Positions 12,752-26,524 of a DNA stretch of 64,000 bases are shown here, piece after piece (within the stretch, counting starts at the first letter, position 1; each line of letters starts with the position of its first letter). The notes beneath the pieces are model-generated. The model was not told the origin of the DNA. It made no database searches and was given only the letters and a program-made list of their open reading frames with translations. Origin of the DNA: Mobula birostris (taxonomy: Eukaryota); contig NC_092389.1 of NCBI RefSeq assembly GCF_030028105.1, positions 58,839,241 to 58,903,240 on the forward strand. Direction: 5' to 3'. The position numbers and the translations under genes are program-made.

Positions 12752-13295
12752 GCAGTTTGTGCAGTTTTGGTCTCCAGATTTGAGGAAGGACATTCTTGCT
12801 ATTGAGGGAGTGCAGCGTAGGTTCACAAGGTTAATTCCCGGGGTGGCGGAACTGTCATATGTCGAAAGATTGGAGTGACTGGGCTTGTATACACTGGAAT
12901 TCAGAAGGGTGACAGGGGATCTGATTGAAACATATAAGATTATTAAGGGATTGGACACGCTGGAGGCAGAAAGCATGTTCCCGCTGATGGGTGAGTCCAG
13001 AACCAGAGGCCACAGTTTAAGAATTGGGGGTAGGCCATTTAGAACGGAGTTGAGGAAAAACTTTTTCACCAGAGAGTGGTGGATATATGGAATGCTCTGT
13101 CCCAGAAGGCTGTGGAGGCCAAGTCTCTGGATGCTTTCAAGGAAGAGATGGATAGAGCTCTTAAAGATAGCGGAATCAAATGTTATGGGGTAAGGCAGGA
13201 ACTGGATATTGATTGTGGCTGATCAGCCATGATCAAGGTGAATAGCGGTGCTGGCTTGAAAGGCCGAATGACCAACTCCTGCACCTATTGTCTAC
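12752..13295 (+). mobile_element. CR1 LINE 3' fragment
   Basis: Nearly identical to 53115-53640; GDLIETYKIIKGLD, ESRTRGHSLRI. Confidence 0.9.
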
Positions 13296-13667
13296 TACTA
13301 TTATTGAATACGCATGTGGACGTATGTTGAGACATTGAACTTTGTTCTGGCTCTATTTTAAAGTGGAGGCGGCTATTTTGTGAATATTTTGAAACGATTC
13401 CTGCTCTGGGATAGTCTAATCTGTATGGGGTCTGCACAGATTTGGGCTGTGCACCGATTTAGAGATGCACGTAGATTTTGGGGTCTGTCTGTGAATGTTG
13501 AGGTGCATACGGATTTGGCGCAGCATGCAGCTTTGCGGATGTGCGCAGATTAGGGGTACGTCAGTAAATGTGTTCGTGCACAGGGATTTTGCCGTGTCTG
13601 TTCCTTTGGGGCTACACACTGATTTGAGGATTGACTGCGTGTTTGCCGGTATGCACATCTTTGCGTG

Positions 13668-14318
13668 TATGATTATGATTATGAGGACACGCAGTCCCCT
13701 TTTATTGTCATTTAGTAATGCATGCATTAAGAAATGATAAAAAAACAATTCCAGAATGATATCACGAAAACACATGGCAAACCGACTTAAAAACTAACAA
13801 AAACCACATAATTATGACATATAGTTACAACAGTGCAAAGCAATACCGTAATTTGATAAAGAACAGACCATGGCACTGTAAAAAGTCTCAGAGTCTCTCG
13901 AAAGTCCCATCATCTCACGCAGACGGTAAACCTCCAGCGCCGCTAACTTGCCGATGCAGCATCCCGGAAGCATCCGACCATCGTCCGACTCCGAGTCCAT
14001 CCGAAAAACTCTGAGCCTCCGACCACCTATTCGGCACCAAGCACCGAGCATCATCTCTGCCGAGCGTTTGGACCCCGGCCCCGGCAACAGGCGATACGCA
14101 AAGCCGAGAATTTAGGGCCTTCGTCTCCGGAGATTCTTGACCGCACAGTAGCAGCGCCACGAAGCAGGAATTTCAGAGGTCACTCCAGATGTTCCTCTGC
14201 GTTTTCACGTCTGTCTCTATCAAATCCGAATTGATGCACGGCACCCCTAGTTACACATATCGATATTGATTCGGAACGGCCACGCGCGCTGCATCGCGCG
14301 CCATCTTCTCCTCCCTCC
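13668..14318 (-). mobile_element. Non-autonomous retroposon (SINE or LINE 3' end) with short tandem tail
   Basis: (ATGATT)n tail at the left end, minus-strand AATAAA near 13702, CpG-rich body interrupting AT-rich flanks; no coding similarity recognised. Confidence 0.5.
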
Positions 14319-15353
14319 TACACTGATACACTGACATTCAGATATGCGCAGAACTGGGTGTCCTGGCGGATTCGGGGGTGAAAACTGACTTGGGAAGTCG
14401 ACTGATTTGGAGGTGTGTCAAATCTCACGGTTTTTTTTCCCTTTGTACAGACTTTAATAATAAATGTAATGTGAACTTTGAGCCCTGTTCTTGCTTTTTA
14501 AAAATGACAGCCATCTTGTGAACTGATTAAAATGATTCCTGCCGTGGGATAATCTAATGTGCAGAATGGAGTGTCGGCAGGATCAGGGGGGAGCAGGGTT
14601 TGTAGGTGCAGACGGATTTGAGAATATGCGATTGTTTTCTGCAGTTTTGGAGAATAAGGGGGTGACCAGAGATGGGTGTTTGTCATGGAACGTTCGGTTG
14701 CATCGGTATTTCGAAGTCAGATGATGTGAGGGCACACTGACTTGTCTGTGTACACTGATTTGGGTGTGTGCAGAGTTTTGGGAATACTAGCGGATAAGGC
14801 GGTGCACACGGATTTTGGAGAATCTGATTTTGGAGCATGTTCATAGATCTGGGGGTACGCTCGTATTTCAGGGTTCTCAGTATTTGGAGGTGTCACGTTT
14901 CTCAAAGCTGTTTTATGAAGAGATACTTAAATAATAAATGCACTTTGAACAGTTACATTTGTTCTTGCCATTTTCTCAGGTGGAGCAGCTATTTTGTGAA
15001 CTATTTGAAATGATTCTTGCTCTGGGTTAAACCAATGTGCATGTGATTTGAGCTGTGACGAAGCTCAAGGTCGTTTCAATTGTACACACATTAATAATAG
15101 TTGCAATTTGATTTTCAACCTCTTCTTGATGTTTTATGTTTCAGGCAGCCATTTTGTGAAGTGAATGAAATGAGATTTCAAAAGCATCTGTCGTTTGCGG
15201 AGACAGATGGGAAGGAGCTGAATCCAGGGAGATAAACTGAAATGAAGACGGACACGTGTGTAGTCAGGCAGAGACGATGGGTCTACCCCACACAAAGTCT
15301 CACAAACACACTGACGCACACTAACCCACAGAGACAGGCACAAGGACAGACAA

Positions 15354-15412
<59 letters not shown>

Positions 15413-15434
15413 CTCACTCATCACTCACACACAC
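15354..15434. repeat. (CA)n microsatellite
   Basis: Direct reading. Confidence 0.97.
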
Positions 15435-15519
15435 GTAAGTACACTTCCTTATCAGTTTTTGGGCGGCTGTTGTTTTTATTTACATTAATGATTTGGATAA
15501 GCACAGAACTAATAAACTA

Positions 15520-16215
15520 GTTAAGTTTGCAGATGACACAAAATTACAGAGATGGGCTAATAATATTCAGACAGCAAAATCAATACAGGTGATTCTAAAC
15601 AAAACCCTGATGTGGGCAGATATATGAAAGGTGAAATTTCATGTAAGTAAAAGTAAAATATTACATACAGGAAGTAGAAGTATTAGATATAAATATACAG
15701 TGGAGGTCTTGAGAAAGAGAGTGCATTGTATGAGAAGGATTTGAGTCTCCTGCAAGACATCACTATCAACATCTGGGCAATGCACTGAAGCAATTCGGAA
15801 GGCTGATATAATGTTGGGCTATATAATGCGCTCAGAGGAGATCAGAGATAGAAACGCCTAATTAAGCTGTTTCATGTACTTGTGAAGCCACGCCTTGAGA
15901 ACTGTGTACAATTCTCATCTCCATATTTTGTAAGGGATGTGAAGGCCCTGGAAAGAGATCAGAGAAGGTGACTACTCTCATTGCAGGACTGCAGGGTGTG
16001 AGCTATGAGAAAAATTGAGGGAATTAAATCTATTTGGCCTAAGTTGACATAATGAGAGGAGATATGATGGGAGTGTTCAGAATTATTGAAGGTAGAGGTC
16101 AGTCGGATGCCAACTGCTAATTCAAAATTAATCCATCAACAAGGAAACGTGGAGACTGGTTAAAAAGGAGATTTCAGACTAACATCAGAAAGTAATTCTT
16201 TACAAAGTGATTACA
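15520..16215 (+). mobile_element. Old CR1/L2-type LINE RT fragment
   Basis: aagtttgcagatgacacaaaa (KFADDTK), LENCVQF-like segment, decayed. Confidence 0.75.
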
Positions 16216-16244
16216 CAATGAACTCAATACTCTCACGCGGAAGC

Positions 16245-16450
16245 ATAGACTGCCAGGTACAGAATGAACCCCATCTCACGCTGTATCAGAGACTGCCGGG
16301 TATAGAATGAACCCCATCTCACGCTGTATCGGAGAGTGTCAGGTATAGAACGAACCCCATCTCACGCTGTATCAGAGACTGTCAGGTATAGAATGAACCC
16401 CATCTCACGCTGTATCGGAAACTGTCAGGTATAGAATGAACCCCGCACTC
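16245..16450. repeat. Minisatellite, 43-bp variant unit
   Basis: gtatagaatgaaccccatctcacgctgtatcagagactgtcag, about 4.5 copies. Confidence 0.9.
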
Positions 16451-16451
16451 T

Positions 16452-16970
16452 CAGAATCAGAATCAGAATCAGGGTTATTTTCACAGGTATGTGACGTGAA
16501 ATGTGTTAACTTAGTAGCGGCCGTTCAATGCAATACATAATCGAGAACAGAAAAAAAAACAATAATGATAATAATAATAATAAAGCATATAAAAATAATA
16601 ATGATACTAAAAATGTAGATCAATTACAGTGTGGGTATATTAAATAATTTAAAAAGTGCAAAATCAGAAATACCGTATATTTAAAAAGTGAGATATTGTC
16701 CAAACATTTAATGTCCGTTTAGGAATCGAATGGCAGAAGGGAGGAAACCGTCCCTCAACCACTGACTGTGTGATTTCAGGCTTCTGTACCTCCTACCTGA
16801 TGGTAACAGTGAGAAAGGGGCATGCCCTGGGTGCTGGGAGTCCTTAATAATGGACGTTGCCTTTCTGAGACACCGCTCCCTCAAGATGTCCTGGGTACTT
16901 TGTAGGCTAGTGCCCAAGATAGAGCTGACAAGATTTATATCCTTCTGCACTTCTTTCGGTCCTGTGCAGT
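16452..16970 (-). mobile_element. Rex1/Babar LINE 3' fragment inserted in the minisatellite
   Basis: SIIKDSQHPGHAPFSLLPSGRRYRSL; (CAGAAT)n tail at 16452. Confidence 0.85.
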
Positions 16971-17580
16971 CTCACACTGTATCATAGATTGACAGGTACA
17001 GAATGAACCCCACACTCTCACACTGTATCATGGACTGACAGGTACAGAATGAACCCCACACTCTCACACTGTATCATGGACTGACAGGTACAGAATGAAC
17101 CCCACACTCTCACACTGTATCATGGACTGACAGGTACAGAATGAACCCCACACTCTCACACTGTATCATAGACTGACAGGTACAGAATGAACCCCACACT
17201 CTCACACTGCATCATAGACTGACAGGTACAGAATGAACCCCACACTCTCACACTGCATCATAGATTGACAGGTACAGAATGAACCCCACACTCTTACACT
17301 GCATCATAGACTGACAGGTACAGATTGAACCCCACACTCACACGGCATCATAGACTGACAGGTACAGAATGAACCCCACTCTCTCAAACTGTATCATAGA
17401 CTGACAGGTACAGAATGAACCCCACTCTCTCACACTGCATCATAGACTAACAGGTACAGAATGAACCCCACACTAACACGGCATCATAGACTGACAGGTA
17501 CAGAATGAACCCCACACTCTCACAATGTATCATAGACTGACAGGTACAGAATGAATCCCTCACTCTCACACTGTACCAGA
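16971..17580. repeat. Minisatellite, 46-bp unit, about 13 copies
   Basis: gacaggtacagaatgaaccccacactctcacactgtatcatagact repeated; period 46 (16991, 17037, ...). Confidence 0.95.
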
Positions 17581-17691
17581 CACCAGGAGATACAGGAGGA
17601 AACCCACAATTCTGTAATCTATGCATCTGTTTCTGGCTGTCTCTCTGCCTGCTTGACCTATCGATTTGTCAATATGCCTAGCGGCCTCTCT

Positions 17692-17694
<3 letters not shown>

Positions 17695-17732
<38 letters not shown>
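17695..17732. repeat. (CT)n microsatellite
   Basis: Direct reading. Confidence 0.95.
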
Positions 17733-17736
<4 letters not shown>

Positions 17737-18733
17737 TTCTAACCATTTACCTCAAGCTTCTCTTTCCCTCGTTCATTTTCTGCCGCTATGCACCTAATCC
17801 TCTGCCAATTTCCAATGTTTTTTTGGATTACTTAACAGTCTCCCCATTACTTTGCAAATTGAAATATTCATTATCGATTTCTATTGACATTAGTCAGATT
17901 TGAGATACCATTAAAGACTGTTACATCAGCAACATGACACACAAAATGCTGGAGGAACTCAGCAGAGCTCCTTGTATTGCCCTGGATTGCCACATCTTCA
18001 GATTTTCTCTTGTTTGTGCATTAGCAAAGTGCTCATTTTTCTCCGTTTCCGCCCTGATCACGGTCTCTCTATTGTATCTTTGTTCGAATCTGTGTTTGTG
18101 TATTTCGAATTGTATTGACACCATTACTTACATTCTTCATATACATGAGGGGTAACAATCTTTACATTATGTCTCTGATTAAATGTGCAATGTGCAATTT
18201 ACAGTAACTTATAATACATAGTATGTACAACAGGACAGTCAGTATAACATAGAANNNNNNNNNNNNNNNNNNNNNNNNNNNNNNNNNNNNNNNNNNNNNN
18301 NNNNNNNNNNNNNNNNNNNNNNNNNNNNNNNNNNNNNNNNNNNNNNNNNNNNNNNNNNNNNNNNNNNNNNNNNNNNNNNNNNNNNNNNNNNNNNNNNNNN
18401 NCTGAAGGACGGTTCAAAATGGGAAACTGCAGGGACAGAGGTAAGGATCGGTCAGTGTCGCTGGTCTCCGTTCAGAGATGAATAATTAGCCAACAAAAAG
18501 ATGAAATCTGTAAATGTAGCTGCTCTCTGACAGAGCTCACTCTTTGAAAGTAAATCTACGGCCCATTTCCACCAGAGACAATACTGAGATAACGCCAAAG
18601 AATTTTGAGGTATTTGTTTCCAATCGACCCAATATTTACAACAGAGACAATGGTATTGAATTAAAGTGTTTGTTCAAGCAACTGTAACTAAAGTTAGTGA
18701 GGTGTATAACCGTGTCTCCGGAGACAGATCCTC

Positions 18734-18741
18734 TATATAAA
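18734..18741 (+). promoter_or_regulatory. TATA box of GPCR gene 2
   Basis: TATATAAA about 85 nt upstream of the ATG; the paralogous site in gene 3 reads TGTATAAA (~26438-26445). Confidence 0.55.
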
Positions 18742-18820
18742 TCAGGGCCGCTTGGAATGCATCAGCTGTCTGCCGGAGCTGTGAATGCAGGAGCAACAGA
18801 AATCACAGATTCTCACTGAA

Positions 18821-21167
18821 ATGGTGTATCCGATCATCTGGCGTATAGAAGACGTTTACTATCCTTTTATTTCTGCCTTTGGGATTCCCGGTAAGCCGCG
18901 GTGTCAGCTGCTGTGGGTGGATGTTGAAGTTTACTCCCAATGATGTGATTGATTCTACCACTGGTTTAAACTGTCACATTTCTGTCCCGGTATTCCGCAT
19001 TTCAGGAATGGAGTGGAAACACCACGACTAGAGATGTTGGGATTTCTATCTAAAAGCAAACCGCTGCAGGAAATCAGCCAATCAGCCACTTTCTGTGGGA
19101 CTGAGCGGGTCAGGCAGCGTTCTTCCAGCGGTTTGTGATTAATAATGAGATGTTCTGCTCTCTGCTTTTGGTCTTGTCGAAGCTGCACTTCACTTGCAGA
19201 TATTGTGTTTATACAGCCCGCGGACCTTATGCCAATTGATCGTCTGCATTTGAATGTGAGTGATTGTCTACTTAAGAGCACCAATCAATCAATCCATCGA
19301 CTGCAGTAACACTTTAGCAAATGTGAGGAGTTCCGTGTTGTAACACGAAACTGTCGTGGATTTTTAGTAAATATCTGAGATATGACTGAATATAAAGCAG
19401 GTGATGGACAGCACAATGAAGTCAATGCTGAGTCAATTAACACACCCGCCGTGGCGCCTCATAGTTATCAATACTGTGAAATGTTTTATAATATATCTAC
19501 ATCTGACACGGTTCCGGACATCTGACTGCGGCAGCGAGTTTGAATTCCTCTCCCCGCTTCCCTGTGCAGGATTCAGTGGGAGGCGTCATGTCTGTCTGTG
19601 AGGTCGTGTCAGGCTGCGCTGCATCTGTTGTAATCAGTCTATGTTCTGTTGTAAAGTCAGTGAGGTTCCCGAATAGGAAACAAACTCGGGGAATGCTGGA
19701 AACACGGAGTCCCAAGCAGCTTGTATGGGAAGAGAAACCGGTTAACACTTGTGTCAGGGGTCTCTCGGAGAACAGTTCTGAAAGAGAGATACTTTAACTA
19801 TTTTCCACATATTTTGTTTCGTCTGGATGAGTGTTTCCAGCATTTCCTGTTTTTGTTCCGTCCGTCGGCTGTTCTGTCGCTGACAGGGATCGCCATGGAA
19901 GTTGTTGATTGTCTAATGGAAGAATCCCACCATCAGCGTCCGGATTTATTCATTTCTACCAGACGAGACGCAGGTAGAAATTGTTCCATCAAGTATTGGC
20001 CCTGAGGAGTTAGTTACCCAGTTTTAGCTCTCCGCTGTCAGTTCACATTGAGGAAATCAGCGAGGAATCCATATTCAGATCATATTGACTTTATTTTACT
20101 GTGTAAATTCCTTCTCTGTCCCGCCAGCTCTGCGCCCTCTCTCGACCCTCCCACCGCTAAATGTAACAATAAAGTGGAAATATCACAGGATCTCCTCAAA
20201 CTGCCGCATTGGCTTCTGCTCAGTATTTTCTCAACTTGCTGTTCCCGTCTCTCTACCAGCGAACTTGGTGGCGATTGTGATCCTGTCCCGGGGAAAGTGC
20301 GGTCTCTCCAAATGTGTCAGTCGCTACCTGGTCGGAATGGCAGCGGCCGATCTCCTGGTCGTTATCTCGCATCCGCTGATGAACTGGACTGCTCTGATTT
20401 ATTTTCCCCGATCGATCCTGTTCATCACTCCTGTGTGCAGACTCGATCAATGGTTGATTTCTGCGAGCACTGCGGCCTCAGTCTGGCTGACTGTCGCTTT
20501 CACCGTCGATCGATTTGTGGCGATTTGCTGTGAGAAACTGAAAACAAAATATTGCACCGAGAGAACGGCGGCTGTGGTTGTCGGGACAGTGAGTGTGCTG
20601 GCCGGTTTGGAGACTGTCCCCTCCGGCTTTGCATTCGGGCCCAGAGAAATAATTGATGGTGTTCCCTGGGGTTGTGTTTATACACTCAGTTACACAAACT
20701 CTCCCTCATGGGCGGCATTCGACATGTTTCACCTCATTTTAACCCCTTGTGTCCCATTCTTTCTGATTTTACTGTTCAATATCCTGACGGTCAGGCGGAT
20801 TCTAGCGGCCAGTCGAGCCCGCAGGGGGCTCCGGGGACAAAAGAGTGGAGAGAATGACAAGGACCGGGAGATGGAGAACCGACGCAAATCCATTGTTTTG
20901 CTCTTCAGCATAACCGGTAGTTTCATACTGTTGTGGGGAACACGGGTGATATTTTCTGTCTAAAAACGGATTTCAATGGCTTTTTTTGGTTCTGTCACGG
21001 ATCCCCGTTACATCACCGGACACACAGCGGACATGCTGCAGGTTCTCAGTCCCTGCACCAACACGTGTATTTACGCCGTGACTCAGAGCAAATTCCGAGA
21101 GGAACTAAAGAATGCGGTGAAATACCCAATGAATCGGATTTTTAAATTCATAAAACGTGAGAACTAA
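18821..21167 (+). pseudogene. GPR139-like GPCR gene 2 (exon 1 18821-18890, exon 2 20260-21167) with one in-frame TAA at 20961-20963
   Basis: Exon 1 MVYPIIWRIEDVYYPFISAFGIP with CCCG|GTAAG donor; acceptor ctctaccag|CG AAC; DRF motif; TAA aligns with TAT in gene 3; frame continues through TM7 (CTNTCIY) to 21167. Confidence 0.88.
19678..19860. repeat. Palindromic (fold-back) Penelope-derived element in gene 2 intron
   Basis: ggaatgctggaaacac ... gtgtttccagcatttcc inverted arms; paralog at ~27298-27478. Confidence 0.65.
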
Positions 21168-21318
21168 ATACTGTAAAGTATTACAATTCAGCTGCCTTCA
21201 TGCTCCCTATTCTCTCCCCCCAGTTGTTGGTAAATGGAAATAATGTGATAAACAGACTGACAGAATAAACACGAGAGATTCTGCATTCGCTCAAAATACA
21301 AAGCAACACGCACAAAAT

Positions 21319-21357
21319 CAGATCCTGATGAAGGGTCTCGCCACGAAACGTCGACTG
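21319..21357 (+). ncRNA. Minimal type I hammerhead ribozyme-like motif (Penelope-derived) downstream of the gene 2 stop
   Basis: cagatc CTGATGA a gggtctcgccac GAAA CGTC gactg: intact core, stem I with one bulge, imperfect stem II. Confidence 0.6.
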
Positions 21358-21764
21358 TTTACTCTGTTCCTCACACAGTAAGCTGGAGGAACTCAGCAGG
21401 CCAGGCAGCAGCGATGGAGAAGAGTAGAATGTCAACTCCTTTATGACGAGTCCGCTGATCAGAGTCCTGTTAACTGTTTACTATTTTCCATCTTGTGTGT
21501 GTTGCTTTAGAGTGAAATAAATCTGTTTACTGCTGATCACTGGCCTCACCAGAGAAATCTCTTTTGCGCCTCACGTCCCGTCCTGTTAAATTGAGGCTTG
21601 GGGCGAACCTGCTGCCCGGTTCTGACAAAACCGCCTGATCGTGGAGTATATTTTCGTCTCTATCAACCACTCCTGCTCCCATTATAACATTTCCATTCCT
21701 TCACCCTGTTATTTTCCTGTTTTACAATTGAAGACAAAGTCCCGTCACCGTCACTTGTCTCTCT

Positions 21765-22160
21765 GTGAGAGATAGAGAGATGGAGAAAGTGAGCGCGAGC
21801 AGGAGGGAGCGCGAGGACTGAGGGCGCGGACGCGAGAGAGAATGAGACATCGCGAGGAAAGGGCGCGCGGGAGAGCGCGTGAGGGAGAGGGCGCGAGGGA
21901 GAGCACGTGAGGGAGAGGGCGCGAGGGAGAGGGCGCGAGGGAGAGCACGTGAGAGAGAGGGCGCGAGGAAGATGTGGCGAGAGTGAGCGCGAGGGAATGG
22001 GCGTGTGGGAGAGGCAGAGGAAATAGAATGAGAGAGAGAGAGAGAGAAGGGGGGGGAGAGAGAGAGGGGAGAGAGGGAGAGAGAGAGAGGGAGTGGGGGG
22101 GGGGGAGAGAGAGTGTGAGAGAGAGAGGGGGGGAGAGGGAGAGGGAGAGTGAGATGGAAA
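21765..22160. repeat. Purine-rich, CpG-rich low-complexity tract
   Basis: gagggagagggcgcgagggagagcacgt units followed by (GA)n and G runs. Confidence 0.9.
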
Positions 22161-22479
22161 ACAACGGTGTGACATTCATTGCCGGATTTGTGGTTCCGCT
22201 CTATCACTGCGATTGGCTTCTTTAGAGGATGATAAGCATTATTTTTAATTATATACAGCTACTACTTTAGACATTAGTTATTTTGTTAGTTCTAAAATTT
22301 AAAATCCGACGTGTTTTAACAAATTGCGAGTTTCAATACGTGTGGAGTCTCCTTTGTTTGCGAATGCTTAAGTGAATTGCCTGAGCTGAATCAAAGAAGA
22401 ATACAATGAATGAATTTTCAAACAATGTTCATTACAAACGGGTTATTAGAAAGCACATAAAGCACAGGATGGAAATCTA

Positions 22480-23430
22480 TGAATCACATGTAGCAAACAT
22501 TCCAGCGGGACCACAGACAGGAGTATGTGTGCAAATGAGTGAGATTGCAGGATGGTGTGTTACCCTAATCACTCCAGGGCCAAAGATGTTTCTGAGAATG
22601 TACAGGCCATTCTGAAAAGGCCCGGTGAGCAGCCAGAGGTTGTGCTCCTTATTAGAACTAACAACAGAGAGACAAGTTTTTGCAAAGAGAATGTAAGGAG
22701 TTGGGCAGAAAGTTAGGAAAATATGAACTCTCGGGTGGTGATTGCAGGATTCTTTCAGGTGTCACATGCTTGCGAGGTAAGATATGGTAAGTTGGTACAC
22801 TTAAATGTGTGGCTAACAATCTGGTTCAGGAGACAGGGCATCAGGAACACAGATCATTGGTCCCTCTTCCAGGATAGGTGCGACTGGTGTCAGGAGGATG
22901 GGTTACAGTGAAGGGAACGTAATATTCTCACAGGGAAGCTTTCTGGAGACACCCTGATGATTTTTATCCTGTGGCATGTGGAGGGGGTGTTGGGATCCAG
23001 AGCGACAGCTCAGTAAGTAACATTGAGCAGAAAGTACAGATGAAGTCGAGGAACCCTAAAGGGAAGTCAAGATGGGCACGTTAATGAGCACAGTGGCACC
23101 GGAGGGCAGAAGTGAGTTTATTTCAGAGCAGGATGTAGAACAGTGAAATCAGATGTACGTAGCGCCTGGATTAGTACATGGCACCGTGCTTCATCCGTTG
23201 CACAGGTCTGGTTGGGAGAAAGGCAGGACTGGTATCGAAACACTCCAGGATTCATGTGATTCAGACAGTGCAGAGGGAGGTAAATGAGGGTGGGGAGCTG
23301 CGTTGCTGATCAGGCACAACGTCACAAGATGGAGGTCATCCCGGAGACTCACCCAGTAAATCAATGTGTGTAGAACTCAGGAATAAGAAAGGTGCGATCA
23401 CTGTGACGGGATTATACAGCATGCCTACCG
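22480..23430 (+). mobile_element. Old CR1 ORF1/ORF2 junction fragment (duplicated at 29930)
   Basis: RVVIAGF, DHWSLFQDR esterase remnants, then APE remnants. Confidence 0.75.
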
Positions 23431-23431
23431 C

Positions 23432-24768
23432 ATGAACACTGCACTCTCACACTGTAGAGGTACAGAATCAAAGCCACACTCGCACACTGTATCGGAGACT
23501 GATAGGTACAGAATGAACTCTACACTCTCACACTGTATCCAAGACTGACAAGTACACAATTTTCACCACACTCTCATACTGTAGCATAGACCGACGGGTA
23601 CATAATGTACTCCACAGTCTCGCACTGTATCGGAGACTGACAGGTACAGAATGAACTCTGCACTCTCACACTGCAGCATAGACTGACAGGTACAAAATGA
23701 ACTCCACACTCTCACACTGTAGCACAGACTGACAGGTACAGAATGAAATCGGCGCTCCCACTCTGTATCGGAGACCGACAGGTATGGAATGAACTCCACA
23801 CTCTCACACTGCAGCAAAGACTGGCAGGTAGAGACTGAACTCTGCACTTTCACATTGTAGATTAGATTGACAAGTACAGAATGACTCCCACACGCTCACA
23901 CTGTATCGGAGACTGATAGGTACAGAACGAACTCTGCACTCTCCCGCTGTAGCATAGAATAACTGGTACACAATGTACTCCACCGTCTCGCACTGTATCG
24001 GAGACTGACAGGTACAGAATGAACAGTGCACTCTCACACTGTAGCACAGACTGACAAAGACACAATGAACTCCACACTCTCACATTGCAGCACAGACTGA
24101 CAGGTACAGAATGAACTCCACACACTCACACTGTATCGGAGACTACAGGTACCTAATGAGCTCCACACCCTCACACTCTAGCATAGACTGACAGGTACAG
24201 ATTTATATCGACACTTTCACTCTGCATCGGAGACGAGCAAGTACAGAGTGAACTCCACACTCTCACAATGTATCCGAGACTGACAGGTACGGAATGACCT
24301 CCACACGCTCACAATGTAGCTTAGACTGCCAGGTACAGAATGAACCCCACACTCACACACTTTATCGGAGACTGGCAGGTACTGCACGAACTCTACACTG
24401 TCACACTGTAGCATCGACTGACAGGTACACGATGAACTCCACAGTTTCGCACTGTATCGCAGACTGACAGGTACAGAATGAATACTGTACTCTCACACTG
24501 CAGCACAGACTGACAAGTACAGAATGAGCCCCACACTCTCATAATGCAGCACAGACTGACAGGTACAGAATGAATCCCACGCTCTCACACTGTAGCATTT
24601 ACTGACAGGTACAGAATGAATCCCACGCTCTCACACTGTAGCATTTACTGACGGGAACAGAATGAACCCCACACTCTCACACTGTAGCATTTACTAACGG
24701 TACAGAATGAACCCCACACTCTCACACTGTAGCATTTACTAACAGGTACAGAATGAACCCCACATTCG
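23432..24768. repeat. Minisatellite, ~46-bp unit, diverged, roughly 29 copies
   Basis: Same family as 16971-17580 (gactgacaggtacagaatgaactccacactctcacactgtagca). Confidence 0.95.
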
Positions 24769-24769
24769 C

Positions 24770-25275
24770 AGAATCAGGATCGGAATCAGGGTATTTATCA
24801 CTGGCGTGTGACGTGCGGTTTGTTCAATTAGTAACAACAATTGAACGTAATGCATAATAAAGAAGAAATAGTAATAATAAGGAATATGAGAATAATTATA
24901 GTAAATAAAAAAAGAAAATCAATTACAGTATACGTATATTCAATAGATTTAAAAACATGCTAACTTAGAGATACAGTGTTTTAAAAGAACTTGAAGTATT
25001 GTGCAAAGATTCATTGTCCGTTGAGGAATCGAATGGTAGAGGGGAAGAATCTGTTCCTTAATCGTTGACTGTGTGTCGTCAGGCTTCTGTACCTCTTACC
25101 TGATGGTAGCAGTGGGAAAGGGGCATACCCTGGGTGTTGGAGGTCCTTAATGAAGGACGCTGCCTTTCTGAGATACTCTTCCTAAAAATGTACTGGCTGC
25201 TTTGTGGGCTAGTACCCGAGATGCAGCTGACTAGATTTGCAATGTTCTTCAGCTTTTTTTCGGTCCTGTGCAGTA
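24770..25275 (-). mobile_element. Rex1/Babar LINE 3' fragment (paralog of 16452-16970)
   Basis: Same end points and similar sequence to the 16.5 kb copy. Confidence 0.85.
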
Positions 25276-26524
25276 TCACAATGTACCACAGGCTAGGAGA
25301 TACAGGAGGAACACCACAATCCTGCAATCTATGCATCTGTTTCTGGCTGTCTTTCTGCCTGCTTAACCTATATATTTGTCACTTTGCCTAGCGGTTTCTC
25401 TCTCCCTCGTTATCTTACTTCTTACATTTTATTTCATGGTTGTCTTTATCTCGTTCATTTCCAGCCACGCTTCACCTATTCATCCTCAATTTCCAGTTTT
25501 TTTTCTGTATTATTTAACCGTCTGCCCATTCCTCTGCATAGTAAATATTTCTTCTCAATTTCTTTTGAACTTTGACAGATTCATGATGCTCATACATCGG
25601 CAAACATCAGACTGTTACATCAGCAACATGACACACAAAATGCTGGAGGAACTCAGCAGAGTTCCTTGTTTTGACCCGGATTTCCAACATCTTCAGATTA
25701 TCTTGTGTTTGTGCATTAGCAACGTGTTCATTTTACCGTTTCCACCCTGATCTCGGTCTCTCTATTGTATCTTTTTTCGATTCTCTGTTTGTGTATTTCA
25801 AATTGTATTGACTTCATTACGTACAGGCTTCATATACATGAGAAGTACAAATCTTTGTTTTTTTCTCTGTCTAAATTTGCAATGTGCAATTTATAGTGAC
25901 TTACAATAAACACTATGTACAATAGGACAGTCACTATAACATAGAAATNNNNNNNNNNNNNNNNNNNNNNNNNNNNNNNNNNNNNNNNNNNNNNNNNNNN
26001 NNNNNNNNNNNNNNNNNNNNNNNNNNNNNNNNNNNNNNNNNNNNNNNNNNNNNNNNNNNNNNNNNNNNNNNNNNNNNNNNNNNNNNNNNNNNNNNGAAGG
26101 ACTGAAGGACGGTTCAAAATGGGAAACTGCAGGGACAGAGGTAGGGATCGGTCAGTGTCGCTGGTTTCCGTTCAGAGATGAATAATTAGCCAACAAAAAG
26201 ATGAAATCTGTAAGTGTAGCTGCTTCGTGACAAAGCTCAGTCTTTGAAAATAAATCTACCGGCCCATTTCCACCAGAGACAATGCTGAGGAAATGCCAAA
26301 GAATTTTGATGCATTTGTCTCCAATCGCCGCAATATTTACAATAGAGACAATGGTATTGAATTAAAGTGTTTGTTCAAAGGTCTGTAACTGAGAAAGTTG
26401 GTGAGGTGTATACCCGCGTCTCCGGAGACAGATCCTCTGTATAAATCAGGGCCGCGTGGAATGCATCAGCTGTCTGCCGGAGCTGGGAGTACAGGAGCAA
26501 CACAGATCACAGCTGCTCACTGGA

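Noticed and set aside
18785-18820. Upstream in-frame ATG for gene 2
   Set aside because: Absent in gene 3; the ATG at 18821 is the conserved start, though a 12-aa extension cannot be excluded
21663-22225. Ser/Leu/Pro- and Arg/Glu-rich ORFs
   Set aside because: Translations of the purine-rich low-complexity tract
16971-24768. 46-bp arrays as CRISPR-like repeats or a repetitive Cys-rich protein
   Set aside because: Contiguous tandem units without unique spacers, vertebrate context, and unit length not a multiple of three
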